Assembly: GCA_049599475.1 (NCBI GenBank)
Contig: JBMYOQ010000016.1
Location: 11,128-75,127, forward strand
DNA length: 64,000 nt
From: Opitutales bacterium
Lineage (GTDB): Bacteria > Verrucomicrobiota > Verrucomicrobiia > Opitutales > JABSRG01
Reading direction: 5' to 3'
This document shows positions 41,001 to 49,948 of the stretch, one piece after another. The notes beneath the pieces were generated by a model. The model saw nothing but the letters and a program-made list of their open reading frames with translations. It searched no databases and was not told where the DNA came from. A program made the translations under genes and the position numbers. Positions within the stretch are counted from its first letter, which is position 1. Every line of letters starts with the position of its first letter.

Positions 41001-41442
41001 AGCATCCACCAGTACGGATTCTCTGCAGCCCAACTCATCCAACTCCCTAGATTTGCCCATCATTTCAGAGGCACTATTCGTAAGCGTACCTCAGACAACG
41101 GATCGCGAGTTCGATTACCAGAGAACAACCGCTTGCCGCATAACCGTGGATACTACTCTGAAACTACCCAGTGGGTGGTCTGCCCAACCAGTTACCACAG
41201 CAGATACTCCAGAAGCCCAAACATTTGGAATAGATATTTCGGTGGACTGGGATCAAGCAGGCTCCGAATTCTCGGGCACCAGCGTCATCAACGTCGAAAA
41301 ACCAGTGATCCCCGCAGATCAATTTGAAACTTACAAAAAGTACCTGAATAACCGTCTAGGAGACCTGGGGCCCAGGATTCATATTATTCCCTATGAGACG
41401 ACCCAAACCACCACCCCCGAGCCGCCCGGTTTTCGACTGTAA
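38098..41442 (+). CDS. Secreted TPR + DUF3857 + transglutaminase-like protein
   Basis: Signal peptide and TPR-like helices; putative Cys-His-Asp triad GDCKDLS / FDHMI / FLDAT. Confidence 0.82.
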   Translation: MGIRFIVIILCLLISFHSASADTEANSSFSEAFKEALKIPESYRVVEPSWGLIVADKDGRIWRSNARVSRTGKFNGEDEALFFSQMRGRNFQLSIQPVFLENTEIPLYTIAEAWYSLHGISLGESDILNMEPLEQPAGEPWLQIDTIVHQENHSDTISTLIARLDSVVIIANAWKSHDEPFVNLPRFTEIFQLHPELSLSNVSGLPRSANSTEQATVINHIGLSLFNQGNLIWAADLFKRAHRLDPFYEDYFRNSVLALQKSGQHAAVETLIKEAPIGMQKSPAIVQMRVSSLIALGESARAAEILKREIDRGVKSESVIIQYMNSLFALEEFAEVRDVGVEALEQGLNSSTIMSNLGWAYLRLEDYENARETFQGMGRLLNANLEASYGWMQLLLEEEKYEECTAFGINIFETKGDLSALSYAIRGLIETGDHDTAEEYITVGLKRNPANPDLLQWDEYVKSLTGEGVSREASTPIEALVINQDLQTQIDTWKSQEPAVSEELLQNIEDKGAMYNEVTTITEWISGDSYTTTTRLVATIKSKSTVDAFKQFVFNFNPFSESIYINKIEVRDETGAILATENRDKFVVRHEDSSAYATEDRILIVPIPSIRKGRTLELVYTRQRRGTEVKFPFTQNFFTGVYPVMESHYILHDKEGALHAKASGIEKHVSLENGALWSVFNAKGLPSEDNLPTPVQIEPVLRISSQEKSWTELASDYKERIDHTLTESSETMDEWIKEHIEKHSNHEDSLASALTAIRENFNYQGYLFGERAQVPNLPSDIINNGYGDCKDLSLLLHKTLEFLEIPSFLTLVNTKGAIATDIPSIDQFDHMIVYSPGLGESGRFLDATEAFATGLTDPTHLQNVEAFVLDWDNPRFEKINHSKPTETPIYSEREVVLETDGAINVTESITMRGRAAENFKRWLSTMTPTERRDAIQRWMNHNKLTLQVDSISTENVESLYTPLFLEITASTSTDSLQPNSSNSLDLPIISEALFVSVPQTTDREFDYQRTTACRITVDTTLKLPSGWSAQPVTTADTPEAQTFGIDISVDWDQAGSEFSGTSVINVEKPVIPADQFETYKKYLNNRLGDLGPRIHIIPYETTQTTTPEPPGFRL

Positions 41443-41564
41443 TACCGATCCTCAACCAGTTTAATAGTTACGACAGGGAGAAGTGTCCCGGTTTGGGTTG
41501 CTGTATAAAAATAGTAACGACAGGTAAGGAGAATTTTACTCCAAAGCGATTCACTTCACGCATC

Positions 41565-41590
41565 CCGCCGCTCGGAGAGCTGCGGCTACC
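41565..41590 (-). repeat. Single GTAG-type REP between convergent genes
   Basis: Reverse complement reads GGTAG-CCGCAG-CTCTCCGAG-CGGCGG, with the same loop core as the 23 kb units. Confidence 0.65.
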
Positions 41591-41645
41591 CTTTCCTTTG
41601 GGAAATTTAGTTAGCAGGCCACTTTGCAGACGGCCGCTGCAATTC

Positions 41646-42185
41646 TTAATAGGTAAACGCCGTTACCATCAATGCGACTCCGACTCCGAGGCCAAGACCC
41701 CCAAGTGCCTTGGCTCGAGAACCCTTGCGGTAAATCCAATCGAGCCAGTCGCGCATTTTGTAGGGACATGCACCCAGGTAAACGGCACCCGCGATCCCGA
41801 TGTATGTAACCGAGACCATGAACAAGCGCTGGGGGTGCTCCCATTGCATATAGGCCGTATTCAGTATTTGGGCACCGAATAGCAAAATCAAACCAGCCAA
41901 GCCTCGCACAGCCAGAAAGTCTGGCACGAAGGTGAAGCTTAAAACGGCTCCGACCCCGAAGAGGATCATCAACTTCGTCTTATGGTTGCCGAAATCTGCG
42001 ACGCCGAGTTGTGACAAATTGTAGATAAACCAGAGCGTAGCGGCTCCCAGCAGAATTTTTGCAGCGAGTGGATTGCGCGGAAAAGCCTTGGTCTGCTCCT
42101 GTGTCTTTTCGTTGCCGAAAAAGAAATGCGCACCTGTAGCGAAAACAATGATACCAACGAGAAGATTTGCGACGAGCAGAGACAT
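41646..42185 (-). CDS. Hypothetical integral membrane protein
   Basis: 5-6 TM helices; starts 8 bp after the miaB stop. Confidence 0.8.
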   Translation of the reverse strand: MSLLVANLLVGIIVFATGAHFFFGNEKTQEQTKAFPRNPLAAKILLGAATLWFIYNLSQLGVADFGNHKTKLMILFGVGAVLSFTFVPDFLAVRGLAGLILLFGAQILNTAYMQWEHPQRLFMVSVTYIGIAGAVYLGACPYKMRDWLDWIYRKGSRAKALGGLGLGVGVALMVTAFTY

Positions 42186-42193
42186 GAAACGTA

Positions 42194-43588
42194 TTATTTA
42201 ACCGCGACCGAAGGGATTTCGCTGTAGGGTGACACTCCACTCAATTGAAGCTCACCAAAGAGAGAACTTGTCGTTGCAGAATTGATACGCACGTCTACGA
42301 GCTCACCAACGAGTCGCTCATTACCCTTAAAGATCACTTTGCGGTGCCCACGGGTCCGGCCCATAAACATGTTCTCACCCTTACGCGCGGGGCCTTCCAC
42401 CAGGATTTCCTCGGTGCTTCCAATCAAGCTTTGATTGTAGTCGGTGGATTGCTTCTCGAGAATATCCAAAAGAATTCTCAAGCGCTCCTCTTTCACTTCA
42501 GTCGGAATCTGGTCTTCCATATCCGCGGCCTGAGTGCCACTGCGGATCGAGTATTTAAAGAGGAAGGCCATCGGGAAGGCGATTTCCTTGAAGAGCGATA
42601 CGGTATCTTGAAATTCTTCATCAGTCTCCCCCGGGAAGCCAACAATGACATCGGTGGAGAATACCATTTTCGGAGCAGCGACGCGCAGGTCATCAATAAT
42701 GCGTCTAAATCGCTCGCGCGTATAGGTGCGCTTCATCGCCTTGAGCACGCGATTGTTTCCACTTTGCATGGGAAAATGGATGTATTCGCAGAGCTTCGGC
42801 AAATCTCGATAAGCTTCGACCAAATCCTTGCGGAAACCAACGGGGTGCGGAGACGTGAAGCGAATACGCTCGATACCATCTACCTCATGCACCTGCTCAA
42901 TGAGGCGGACAAACGGTGATTTGCCGTTTTCGCGGCGCATGGAATCGCGACCGTAAAGATTCACAATCTGGCCGAGTAGGGTCACTTCCTTCGTGCCGTT
43001 ATCAGCCAAGCGCTTCACTTCATCGACAATATCGTTGATCGGTCGACCCCGTTCACGCCCACGCGTTTTCGGGACGATGCAATAGGCGCAGTTCATATTA
43101 CAACCCTGCATGATAGAGACGAAAGCGCTGATCTTGCGCTCATCTTCCAAATGCTGGCGGATTGTGTTCTGCGAGCCCGCTTCTTCCTCGAGATCCACAA
43201 CGCTGCGCGGTTTTGGCCCGAGGCCTTGGCGAGAACGTATGATATTGTCGAGGTGATCGGGGACTTGGTGAAATTTCTGAGTGCCGACGACGAGATCCAG
43301 GTCGGGAAGACGTTCAAGCAGTTCCGAGCCACGATTCTGAGCCATACAGCCGATGATCCCGAGAATGTAATCTGGGTTCTTGCGCTTGTTGCGCGTGAGG
43401 TAACCGGCTTTACCAATGGCCTTTTGCTCAGCCTGATCGCGGACCGAACATGTGTTGAGCAACACCACATCCGCCTGATCTTCAGAAGTTACGATCGAGT
43501 AGCCGCGGTCCCGAAGCATTGCTGAAACAGCTTCGGAGTCGCGTTCATTCATCTGGCACCCGTAGGTCTTGATGTATACCCGATTCAT
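42194..43588 (-). CDS. miaB: tRNA-2-methylthio-N6-dimethylallyladenosine synthase
   Basis: TYGCQMN, NTCSVR, radical-SAM CNMNCAYC and a C-terminal TRAM domain. Confidence 0.96.
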   Translation of the reverse strand: MNRVYIKTYGCQMNERDSEAVSAMLRDRGYSIVTSEDQADVVLLNTCSVRDQAEQKAIGKAGYLTRNKRKNPDYILGIIGCMAQNRGSELLERLPDLDLVVGTQKFHQVPDHLDNIIRSRQGLGPKPRSVVDLEEEAGSQNTIRQHLEDERKISAFVSIMQGCNMNCAYCIVPKTRGRERGRPINDIVDEVKRLADNGTKEVTLLGQIVNLYGRDSMRRENGKSPFVRLIEQVHEVDGIERIRFTSPHPVGFRKDLVEAYRDLPKLCEYIHFPMQSGNNRVLKAMKRTYTRERFRRIIDDLRVAAPKMVFSTDVIVGFPGETDEEFQDTVSLFKEIAFPMAFLFKYSIRSGTQAADMEDQIPTEVKEERLRILLDILEKQSTDYNQSLIGSTEEILVEGPARKGENMFMGRTRGHRKVIFKGNERLVGELVDVRINSATTSSLFGELQLSGVSPYSEIPSVAVK

Positions 43589-43645
43589 AGTCGAAAGGGA
43601 GAAAATGCCTCATTTCCCCAAATGGTCAATGAAAAGGGGGCGAGC

Positions 43646-43735
43646 AAATCTCAAACTCCAAATCTCAAATCCCAACACATTCTACTCGGGCTTCCCTTCC
43701 CCATTTTGGGATCTGGGATTTGAGTTTTGGGATTT
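43646..43735. repeat. Imperfect inverted repeat built from 7-bp units (AAATCYC)
   Basis: Arms at 43646-43675 and 43706-43735 are 24/30 complementary; each has about 4 heptamer units. Confidence 0.7.
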
Positions 43736-43738
43736 CAA

Positions 43739-46300
43739 TCAGCCCTTCACCACGCAGAAATCGAGCATGTGATCGCGCTGGAGATACTTTTGGGCGTAAT
43801 CCACGAGATCGGATGGACTCAGTTTTTGCAGGCGCTCATCGAAGCGAAAGGTATGCTCTAGAGGCTGCCCATACAGGAGAGAAATACCGACTTGGAGGCT
43901 GCGCATTTCTGGACGCTGCATACTCATCTGATGCTGAGCTCTGAGCTGGGTGACCGCTCGGGCGACCTCTTCGTCCGAGATTTTGCCGTCTTGAATCCGC
44001 GCTATTTCGGCGTCGTATTCTGCGTACACGGCCTCGGCTTGGTCCGGATGGGTGCCTGCATAGAATTGAAAGGCCCCATACTCTGCCGAAGGCAAACGTG
44101 TGCTTCCGACAAAATACGCCATTCCTTTTTCCTCGCGCACACGCTGAAATAGAGGGCTCGACATCCCGCTGAGGAGTCCATTCAGCGCAATGCCTGCATC
44201 ATTATCCTCAGATAAAAACCCTGCATCATGAAACATTCGAAGCACCACAGCTTGCTGACGATCCAGGTGATAATCGATGCGAGCATCCCCAGCGTATAGA
44301 CTCGGTTGACTCGAGCTACTCAACGAAGTCCCTGGCACCAGCCCCGAAAATGCCGAGGCAAACTTGGCATGATCTTCATCTGGGTTTACATCGCCCGCGA
44401 CTAAGAGCACGCAGTTAGCCGCGTTCAGGAAATTGGCTTGGTATTCGACGAGAGTTGCGCGATCCAGCGAGGCTAAATCGTCTACCGTGCCTAATGGCGA
44501 ACGCCCGAAAGGATGTTCCCCGTAGAACGTCCGCCGCGCCGCATTTCGGCCATGCGATACCACGTCATCTAAAGTCTCCTTCACCCGAGCGATCTGCGCA
44601 GTGCGCTCGCGCTCGAAGGTCTCCTCACGGAAGGCTGGTGCCACAACAGCCTGAGAAAATATATCGAGTGAGAGGTCCAAATCGCTCGATAAGGATTCGA
44701 GCGAGAGTCCAAACGTGTTATTCCCCGTCTGCCCTGAGAAGGAGGCCCCAATGCTATCGATCGTCTTTGCCACCTCCGCTGCCGTGCGGCTTTCAGTATC
44801 CTTTGTGAGCAGCGTGGCCAAAAGCTGATTGAGCCCAGACGCGCCCACGGGATCCCATATTGGCCCTCCGCGCCCGAGTAAACGGACCGAAATTGATGGC
44901 AAACGGGAATCGGGGAGATAGAGGATGCGCAGCCCATTATCCAAGGTTTCGACCCGGTATTCGGGCACTTTGGTTTTCGAGACTTTTGCGCTTTCAACGG
45001 ATGCCGTTTCAACCGCCGCTGCGGCTTTTGGTTCAAGCGTCACAAAGGTTTCACCCTCATTCAAAAGATACTGCGAGCCCAAGGCTTGGAGCGATTCTGG
45101 TGTGACCGCTAAAAGCTGTTCTACGAAGCGCTTCGGGTATTGAAGATCACCCACAACGACCTCTGCAGAGCCCAGGCGTGAGGCCTGACTGCTCACTGTT
45201 TTCAAACTGTTTAATCGAGAATTCAGCATCTGGCGCTTGGCCCGCTCTACCTCTTCTACAGAAATCTGTGTCTCAAAAAAGCGGCGATATTCATCCCGCA
45301 CCGCATCCGCGGCCGCATGCACGTTGTGCGGATCAGCCTCCCATGAAATCCAGAAAAGCCCCGAAGTGCCCGGATTCCAACAAGAGGCATCGATATCGTG
45401 CACCAGCTGAAGCTCCTCACGGATTTTTTTATAGAACACCGAGCTTTCCCCGGCTCCCAAAATAGCTGCTAGGACATCCAGGCTAGTGGAATCTGGATGG
45501 CTGATAGAGGGCACGCGGTACGCCAATCCCCCTTGAGCGATCTCGATATCAGCGAACTCGCGATGACTCCGAGCGCTGAATTGATGTTTCTCTTCTTCTA
45601 AAAATATATCCTGCGTAAAAGTCCGTTCAAAGCCACCCAAGGTATCTTCAACCGTTTGCCAAAACTCTCCCGGAGGCACCGCGCCCACCACCACGAGCAC
45701 CGTGTTATTCGGCGCATAGCGAGACTGATAATACTCCATCAGCGCATCCCGCTCGACGCGTTGAAATAAATTGCGGTGACCGATGACTGGATAGCGATAG
45801 GGATGCGACTGATACGCCGTCTTGAAGATCGCTTGAGAGAATCGGCTATGTGGATCATCCAGCCCCATGTCGATTTCCCGCAGGATCACGTCTTTCTCCC
45901 GAGTCACTTCATCGGCTGGCAGCGTAGAGCGGAAAACGATATCGGAGAGTAAGTCGAGCTGCTGAGCAAAGGTGTCCGCCAAACTATCGATGTAATAGAC
46001 AGTGCGATCGAAGGTCGTGTAGGCATTGATATAGCCGCCGTTATCATCGACTTCACGGGAGATATCGAGCGCGCCCCGAGTCGGTGTACCTTTGAACAAC
46101 AAGTGCTCAAGATAATGGGAAAGCCCGGCTCCGAGCCATGCGCCCTCATGAATACTTCCGGTCTTCACCCACAGCTGCAGCGATACCACAGGCGCAGCAT
46201 TGTCCTCGCAGTATACGACCGTGAGTCCGTTATCCAATACCCGCCGCTCCACTTGCTGACGGTTCAATGTCTCTAAAATTCGATCAGATGCTCCACTCAT
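43739..46300 (-). CDS. M16 family zinc peptidase (pitrilysin-like, fused halves)
   Basis: HYLEH (HxxEH), NAYT and EKDVILREI motifs; the second half lacks the metal motif; start at ATG 46300. Confidence 0.93.
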   Translation of the reverse strand: MSGASDRILETLNRQQVERRVLDNGLTVVYCEDNAAPVVSLQLWVKTGSIHEGAWLGAGLSHYLEHLLFKGTPTRGALDISREVDDNGGYINAYTTFDRTVYYIDSLADTFAQQLDLLSDIVFRSTLPADEVTREKDVILREIDMGLDDPHSRFSQAIFKTAYQSHPYRYPVIGHRNLFQRVERDALMEYYQSRYAPNNTVLVVVGAVPPGEFWQTVEDTLGGFERTFTQDIFLEEEKHQFSARSHREFADIEIAQGGLAYRVPSISHPDSTSLDVLAAILGAGESSVFYKKIREELQLVHDIDASCWNPGTSGLFWISWEADPHNVHAAADAVRDEYRRFFETQISVEEVERAKRQMLNSRLNSLKTVSSQASRLGSAEVVVGDLQYPKRFVEQLLAVTPESLQALGSQYLLNEGETFVTLEPKAAAAVETASVESAKVSKTKVPEYRVETLDNGLRILYLPDSRLPSISVRLLGRGGPIWDPVGASGLNQLLATLLTKDTESRTAAEVAKTIDSIGASFSGQTGNNTFGLSLESLSSDLDLSLDIFSQAVVAPAFREETFERERTAQIARVKETLDDVVSHGRNAARRTFYGEHPFGRSPLGTVDDLASLDRATLVEYQANFLNAANCVLLVAGDVNPDEDHAKFASAFSGLVPGTSLSSSSQPSLYAGDARIDYHLDRQQAVVLRMFHDAGFLSEDNDAGIALNGLLSGMSSPLFQRVREEKGMAYFVGSTRLPSAEYGAFQFYAGTHPDQAEAVYAEYDAEIARIQDGKISDEEVARAVTQLRAQHQMSMQRPEMRSLQVGISLLYGQPLEHTFRFDERLQKLSPSDLVDYAQKYLQRDHMLDFCVVKG

Positions 46301-46408
46301 AACGCGCAAAGACTCAGACTTACCACCCACCCACAAAACACAACCTAAACCCAATATTTCACCCTTGTGATCGAAGCAGTAAACGTAAGTTTGTTCAGAA
46401 GACTTATA

Positions 46409-46435
46409 CGCAGATTATGCAGATGGACGCAGATT
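46409..46435 (+). repeat. Left 27-bp inverted repeat flanking the GxxExxY gene
   Basis: CGCAGATTATGCAGATGGACGCAGATT is the exact reverse complement of 46813-46839. Confidence 0.9.
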
Positions 46436-46833
46436 CAAGCAACAGAGACCCGCAAACCTATTCTATTATCGGAGCCGCAATGACGGTTCACTCCGAGCTA
46501 GGATGCGGCTTTTTGGAGGCTGTCTACCAAAACGCGCTCGCGGTCGAATTCAGAAAACGCGGAATCCCTTTCTCAAAGGAAGTCAAGATACCCGTCTATT
46601 ACCAAGGAGAAGACGTTGAAGAATATAAAGCTGACTTTATCTGCTTCAATTCGGTAATCCTTGAGCTAAAGGCATTAAAAAAACTTTCTGGCGTCGATGA
46701 AGCGCAACTAATGAATTACTTGAAAGCGACCCAGATTCAGCGTGGCCTGCTATTAAATTTCGGATCGACTAGCCTTGACCACAAACGAGTCATTTTCAGC
46801 CACCAAAACAAAAATCTGCGTCCATCTGCATAA
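46417..46833 (+). CDS. GxxExxY protein (PD-(D/E)xK nuclease-like)
   Basis: LGCGFLEAVYQ signature; ADF...ILELK; Q-x2-NYL and GLLLNFG motifs. Start is 46417 or 46423. Confidence 0.92.
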   Translation: MQMDADSSNRDPQTYSIIGAAMTVHSELGCGFLEAVYQNALAVEFRKRGIPFSKEVKIPVYYQGEDVEEYKADFICFNSVILELKALKKLSGVDEAQLMNYLKATQIQRGLLLNFGSTSLDHKRVIFSHQNKNLRPSA

Positions 46834-46839
46834 TCTGCG
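46813..46839 (-). repeat. Right 27-bp inverted repeat flanking the GxxExxY gene
   Basis: AATCTGCGTCCATCTGCATAATCTGCG; contains the gene's TAA stop codon. Confidence 0.9.
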
Positions 46840-46860
46840 GATAAATACAGAAGCAGCCCC

Positions 46861-47970
46861 ATGAAACGTCTTTTTCTTATTATCATTCCTGTCCTGATCG
46901 CCGTTTTGATTGTTGTGGGGATTCGTACTCGGATACCTTCTGTGGAGGTCGCTTCCGTGGTGAAGGGTCCGGCCCTTGATGCGGTATCGGGGAATGTCGA
47001 GATTCTCCCGGTGCTCGAGACGGTTGTGAAGGCTGAGCGCGGTGGAGTGATCCAATCTGTGGTTACGCTGCCGACCGACTCGGTGGTCTCTGTCACCGTC
47101 GGCGAAACACTCGCCTCGCTTGACCCGGAACAAATCGAGTCTGAAATCGCCCTAGCGCGCCTACAAGTGGAAGCTGCAGAAGCGCGCCTAGAGGCCCCGA
47201 CGGAATACGATCTCCAACGCACCCGCCTGGAAGAAGAGCTGGATTCGCTCACCAATTTACGCACCGCAGGCAGTGTATCGGAAAACGAAGTGGCACGCAC
47301 CCGATCGGAAATCGAACGTCTTACCGTATTGGGCCAAGCCGAGCTGGACCGCCGAAAACAAGAGGTCGTATTGCTAAAAAACCAACTCGAAAAACGCGCG
47401 CTGTGGAAACGCCAACACACCATCGTTGCCTCTACACCCGGCAAGCTTAACGAGGTCTATGTCTTCCCCGGCGACATCGTCTACACGGGATCGCAAATAG
47501 CGAAAATTCACTCACACGAGCTGCTCATCAAAGTGGCTGTCCGCGAAGAAGATTTTATCGGAATCTCGATTGATAACGGGGTCCGCGTGCGCTTTCTGGC
47601 ACACGGCAACCAAGAATTTTCTGGAAAAGTCTCCGGACTTTCGCCCACCGCCGATGCGGACTCCCGACAACGCGATGTATTTGTAACTCTCGACAACCCG
47701 CCCGAAGGGCTCGTATCCGGCATGACAGGACAAGCCGTGATCATCAAAGCGGAACACCAGGACGTGCTTACGATTCCACGGCGCGCGCTCGTCGGCAATT
47801 ATGTTTACCGCGTGAATGGAAACCAAGTACAGGTCCAAGAAGTGAAGACCGGATTCGTCGGACTTGAGGTAGCCGAGATCGTCTCAGGGCTCAGTGAGGG
47901 GGACCGAGTGATCATCGACCGACCTCATCTTTATCGCGAGGGAGAAAAGGTAACGCCCTTCAGCAAATAG
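46861..47970 (+). CDS. Efflux periplasmic adaptor (HlyD/MacA-like membrane fusion protein)
   Basis: N-terminal TM, lipoyl halves flanking a coiled coil, GMTG and EIVSGLSEGDRV. Confidence 0.88.
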   Translation: MKRLFLIIIPVLIAVLIVVGIRTRIPSVEVASVVKGPALDAVSGNVEILPVLETVVKAERGGVIQSVVTLPTDSVVSVTVGETLASLDPEQIESEIALARLQVEAAEARLEAPTEYDLQRTRLEEELDSLTNLRTAGSVSENEVARTRSEIERLTVLGQAELDRRKQEVVLLKNQLEKRALWKRQHTIVASTPGKLNEVYVFPGDIVYTGSQIAKIHSHELLIKVAVREEDFIGISIDNGVRVRFLAHGNQEFSGKVSGLSPTADADSRQRDVFVTLDNPPEGLVSGMTGQAVIIKAEHQDVLTIPRRALVGNYVYRVNGNQVQVQEVKTGFVGLEVAEIVSGLSEGDRVIIDRPHLYREGEKVTPFSK

Positions 47971-47978
47971 CCTCCTGG

Positions 47979-49220
47979 ATGAATATCTGTCTACAGATAG
48001 CATGGCGATTCATCAGTGCTCGCAAGCGCGCGATGGGTATGAGCCTCTTGGGAATTACCTGTGGTGTCGCATTTTTCATTTTAACCCAAGCGCAGACCGC
48101 AGGATTTCAGGGGTTCTTCGTTGAGACGATTCTTGGAACCAATGGAGCTATCCGCATAACGGATCGCTATCAAGATGCTTTCAAGCCAATGACCCTAGAG
48201 ACCGCCAACGACGGCGAGAGTACCGTGCGGGTCATGAACGCACGCCCACACGAGGAAGGCGTGGCCTTCCCATCTGATATCCGAAATGCTGTCATGGAAT
48301 TCACCCCAGTGATCGGTGTATCGGAAATCATAGAGCGCAGGGTAGATGCTCGCAGCGGATTCAGGCGACAGGATGCCCGGGTCTTTGGAATCCGTGTCGA
48401 AGATCACTTACGGGTTTCGATGCTCGAGGACCAAATTGTCATAGGCTCCTTAGAGGCTTTTGCGGCAGATCCGTTGAGCGTTATGATTGGCAGCAAATTG
48501 GCAGGCAGGCTCGAAGTTCAACTCGGCGACTCTATCACTTTGCAACCCATCGGAGATAGCCGTTCTTACACGGTTTCAGCGATCTTTGAAACCGGAGTCG
48601 AAGTCATCGATAAGCAGCGCGTTTACACACATATTTCTGAGGCACGCTCCCTCCTCGAACTCCCGTTTGGTGGATCATTTTTGCAGATCGCTATCGACAA
48701 GCCTGAGAATGCTCGAGAAATCGCAGACCAGCTCCGCTACACCTTAAACCACGTCGCCATCTCATGGCAGGAGCGGGAGCAAGCATGGTTAGGTGTTTTC
48801 GGAGCCCTACGCTATTCCGCCGCGATCAGCATGTCTGTGATCATCCTGCTCGCCGGTATCGGGATATACAGCGCGCTCTCTATGCAGGTGGTTGAAAAGG
48901 AGAGAGAAATTGCCATTCTCCGGGCAACTGGATTTACCCGCGGAGACATTTCACGCATCTTCATTTCCCAGGGAGGCATCATCGCCGGTTTTGGCATCAT
49001 TACAGGATCCCTGATCGGGGCCCTTGCGACTTGGGGAGTCACCCAAATCCCACTACGTGTCCGAGGTATTTTTGCCACAGACCATTACATCGTAAGTTGG
49101 GATTGGACCCACTATGCACTCGCTGCGGCTATCGCGCTCTTCGTGAGTCTAGCCGGCACCTGGTTGCCTGCAAAACGCGCCGCCAATATCGAACCCGCCG
49201 TCGTCATCCGTGGAAACTAG
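47979..49220 (+). CDS. ABC transporter permease, FtsX/LolC-E/MacB family
   Basis: Four TM helices with a large periplasmic loop; EKEREIAILRATG and PAKRAANIEP. Confidence 0.9.
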   Translation: MNICLQIAWRFISARKRAMGMSLLGITCGVAFFILTQAQTAGFQGFFVETILGTNGAIRITDRYQDAFKPMTLETANDGESTVRVMNARPHEEGVAFPSDIRNAVMEFTPVIGVSEIIERRVDARSGFRRQDARVFGIRVEDHLRVSMLEDQIVIGSLEAFAADPLSVMIGSKLAGRLEVQLGDSITLQPIGDSRSYTVSAIFETGVEVIDKQRVYTHISEARSLLELPFGGSFLQIAIDKPENAREIADQLRYTLNHVAISWQEREQAWLGVFGALRYSAAISMSVIILLAGIGIYSALSMQVVEKEREIAILRATGFTRGDISRIFISQGGIIAGFGIITGSLIGALATWGVTQIPLRVRGIFATDHYIVSWDWTHYALAAAIALFVSLAGTWLPAKRAANIEPAVVIRGN

Positions 49221-49902
49221 AGATTCAGATTTGCCCCTCGAAGCGCTCACGGTGCATTGTCACCTGGGAAACGATGCTGCGCGCGTACACGCCGTAAAGG
49301 GTGTGAACCTACAGTTGAAAAACAAGGAAATGGCAGCTGTTACGGGCCCTTCTGGATGTGGAAAAAGTTCCCTACTCTACGCCCTGGGCCTCCTCGATCA
49401 TATCGACTCTGGAGAAATCAGGATTAACGGCCAAGACACATCCAAGCTGTCCAACGAAGCGCGCACTCAGCTACGGATGCTTTCTATCGGATTCGTATTT
49501 CAGTTCCACTACCTTATCGGAGAGTTTTCTGCCTTTGAAAATGTCGTCCTCCCAATGAAGAAAGCAGGCATTTTGAAAAGCAAAGAACAGGAAGAGCGCG
49601 CAGGATATCTCCTGGAAAAAGTAGGGCTCGCCGACAAACGCTCACGACCTGGAAACCAACTTTCTGGGGGTGAACGACAACGCGTCGCCATCGCTCGCGC
49701 CCTGGCGAATTCGCCGAAAGTTATTCTAGCTGACGAACCCACAGGAAACCTTGATCAAGAGAATTCCAACAGAATTTTTTCTCTTCTGAGAGAGATTACC
49801 GAAACGACCGAATCCTCCGTACTTTTGGTAACACACAATAGCAGCCTCGCGAACCAAGCTGATCGAATCCTCACCATGCAGGACGGGGTATTAAGGTCAT
49901 AA
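49210..49902 (+). CDS. ABC transporter ATPase (LolD/MacB-like)
   Basis: [36 protein letters not shown] and VTHN motifs. Confidence 0.93.
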   Translation: METRDSDLPLEALTVHCHLGNDAARVHAVKGVNLQLKNKEMAAVTGPSGCGKSSLLYALGLLDHIDSGEIRINGQDTSKLSNEARTQLRMLSIGFVFQFHYLIGEFSAFENVVLPMKKAGILKSKEQEERAGYLLEKVGLADKRSRPGNQLSGGERQRVAIARALANSPKVILADEPTGNLDQENSNRIFSLLREITETTESSVLLVTHNSSLANQADRILTMQDGVLRS

Positions 49903-49948
49903 GTTCTCCGTTCATCGAGATCCCTCGAACACAAATTCACATTTACGA

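Noticed and set aside
47979..49902. Assignment as bona fide lolCDE
   Set aside because: A single permease preceded by a membrane-fusion adaptor fits a MacAB-type exporter better.
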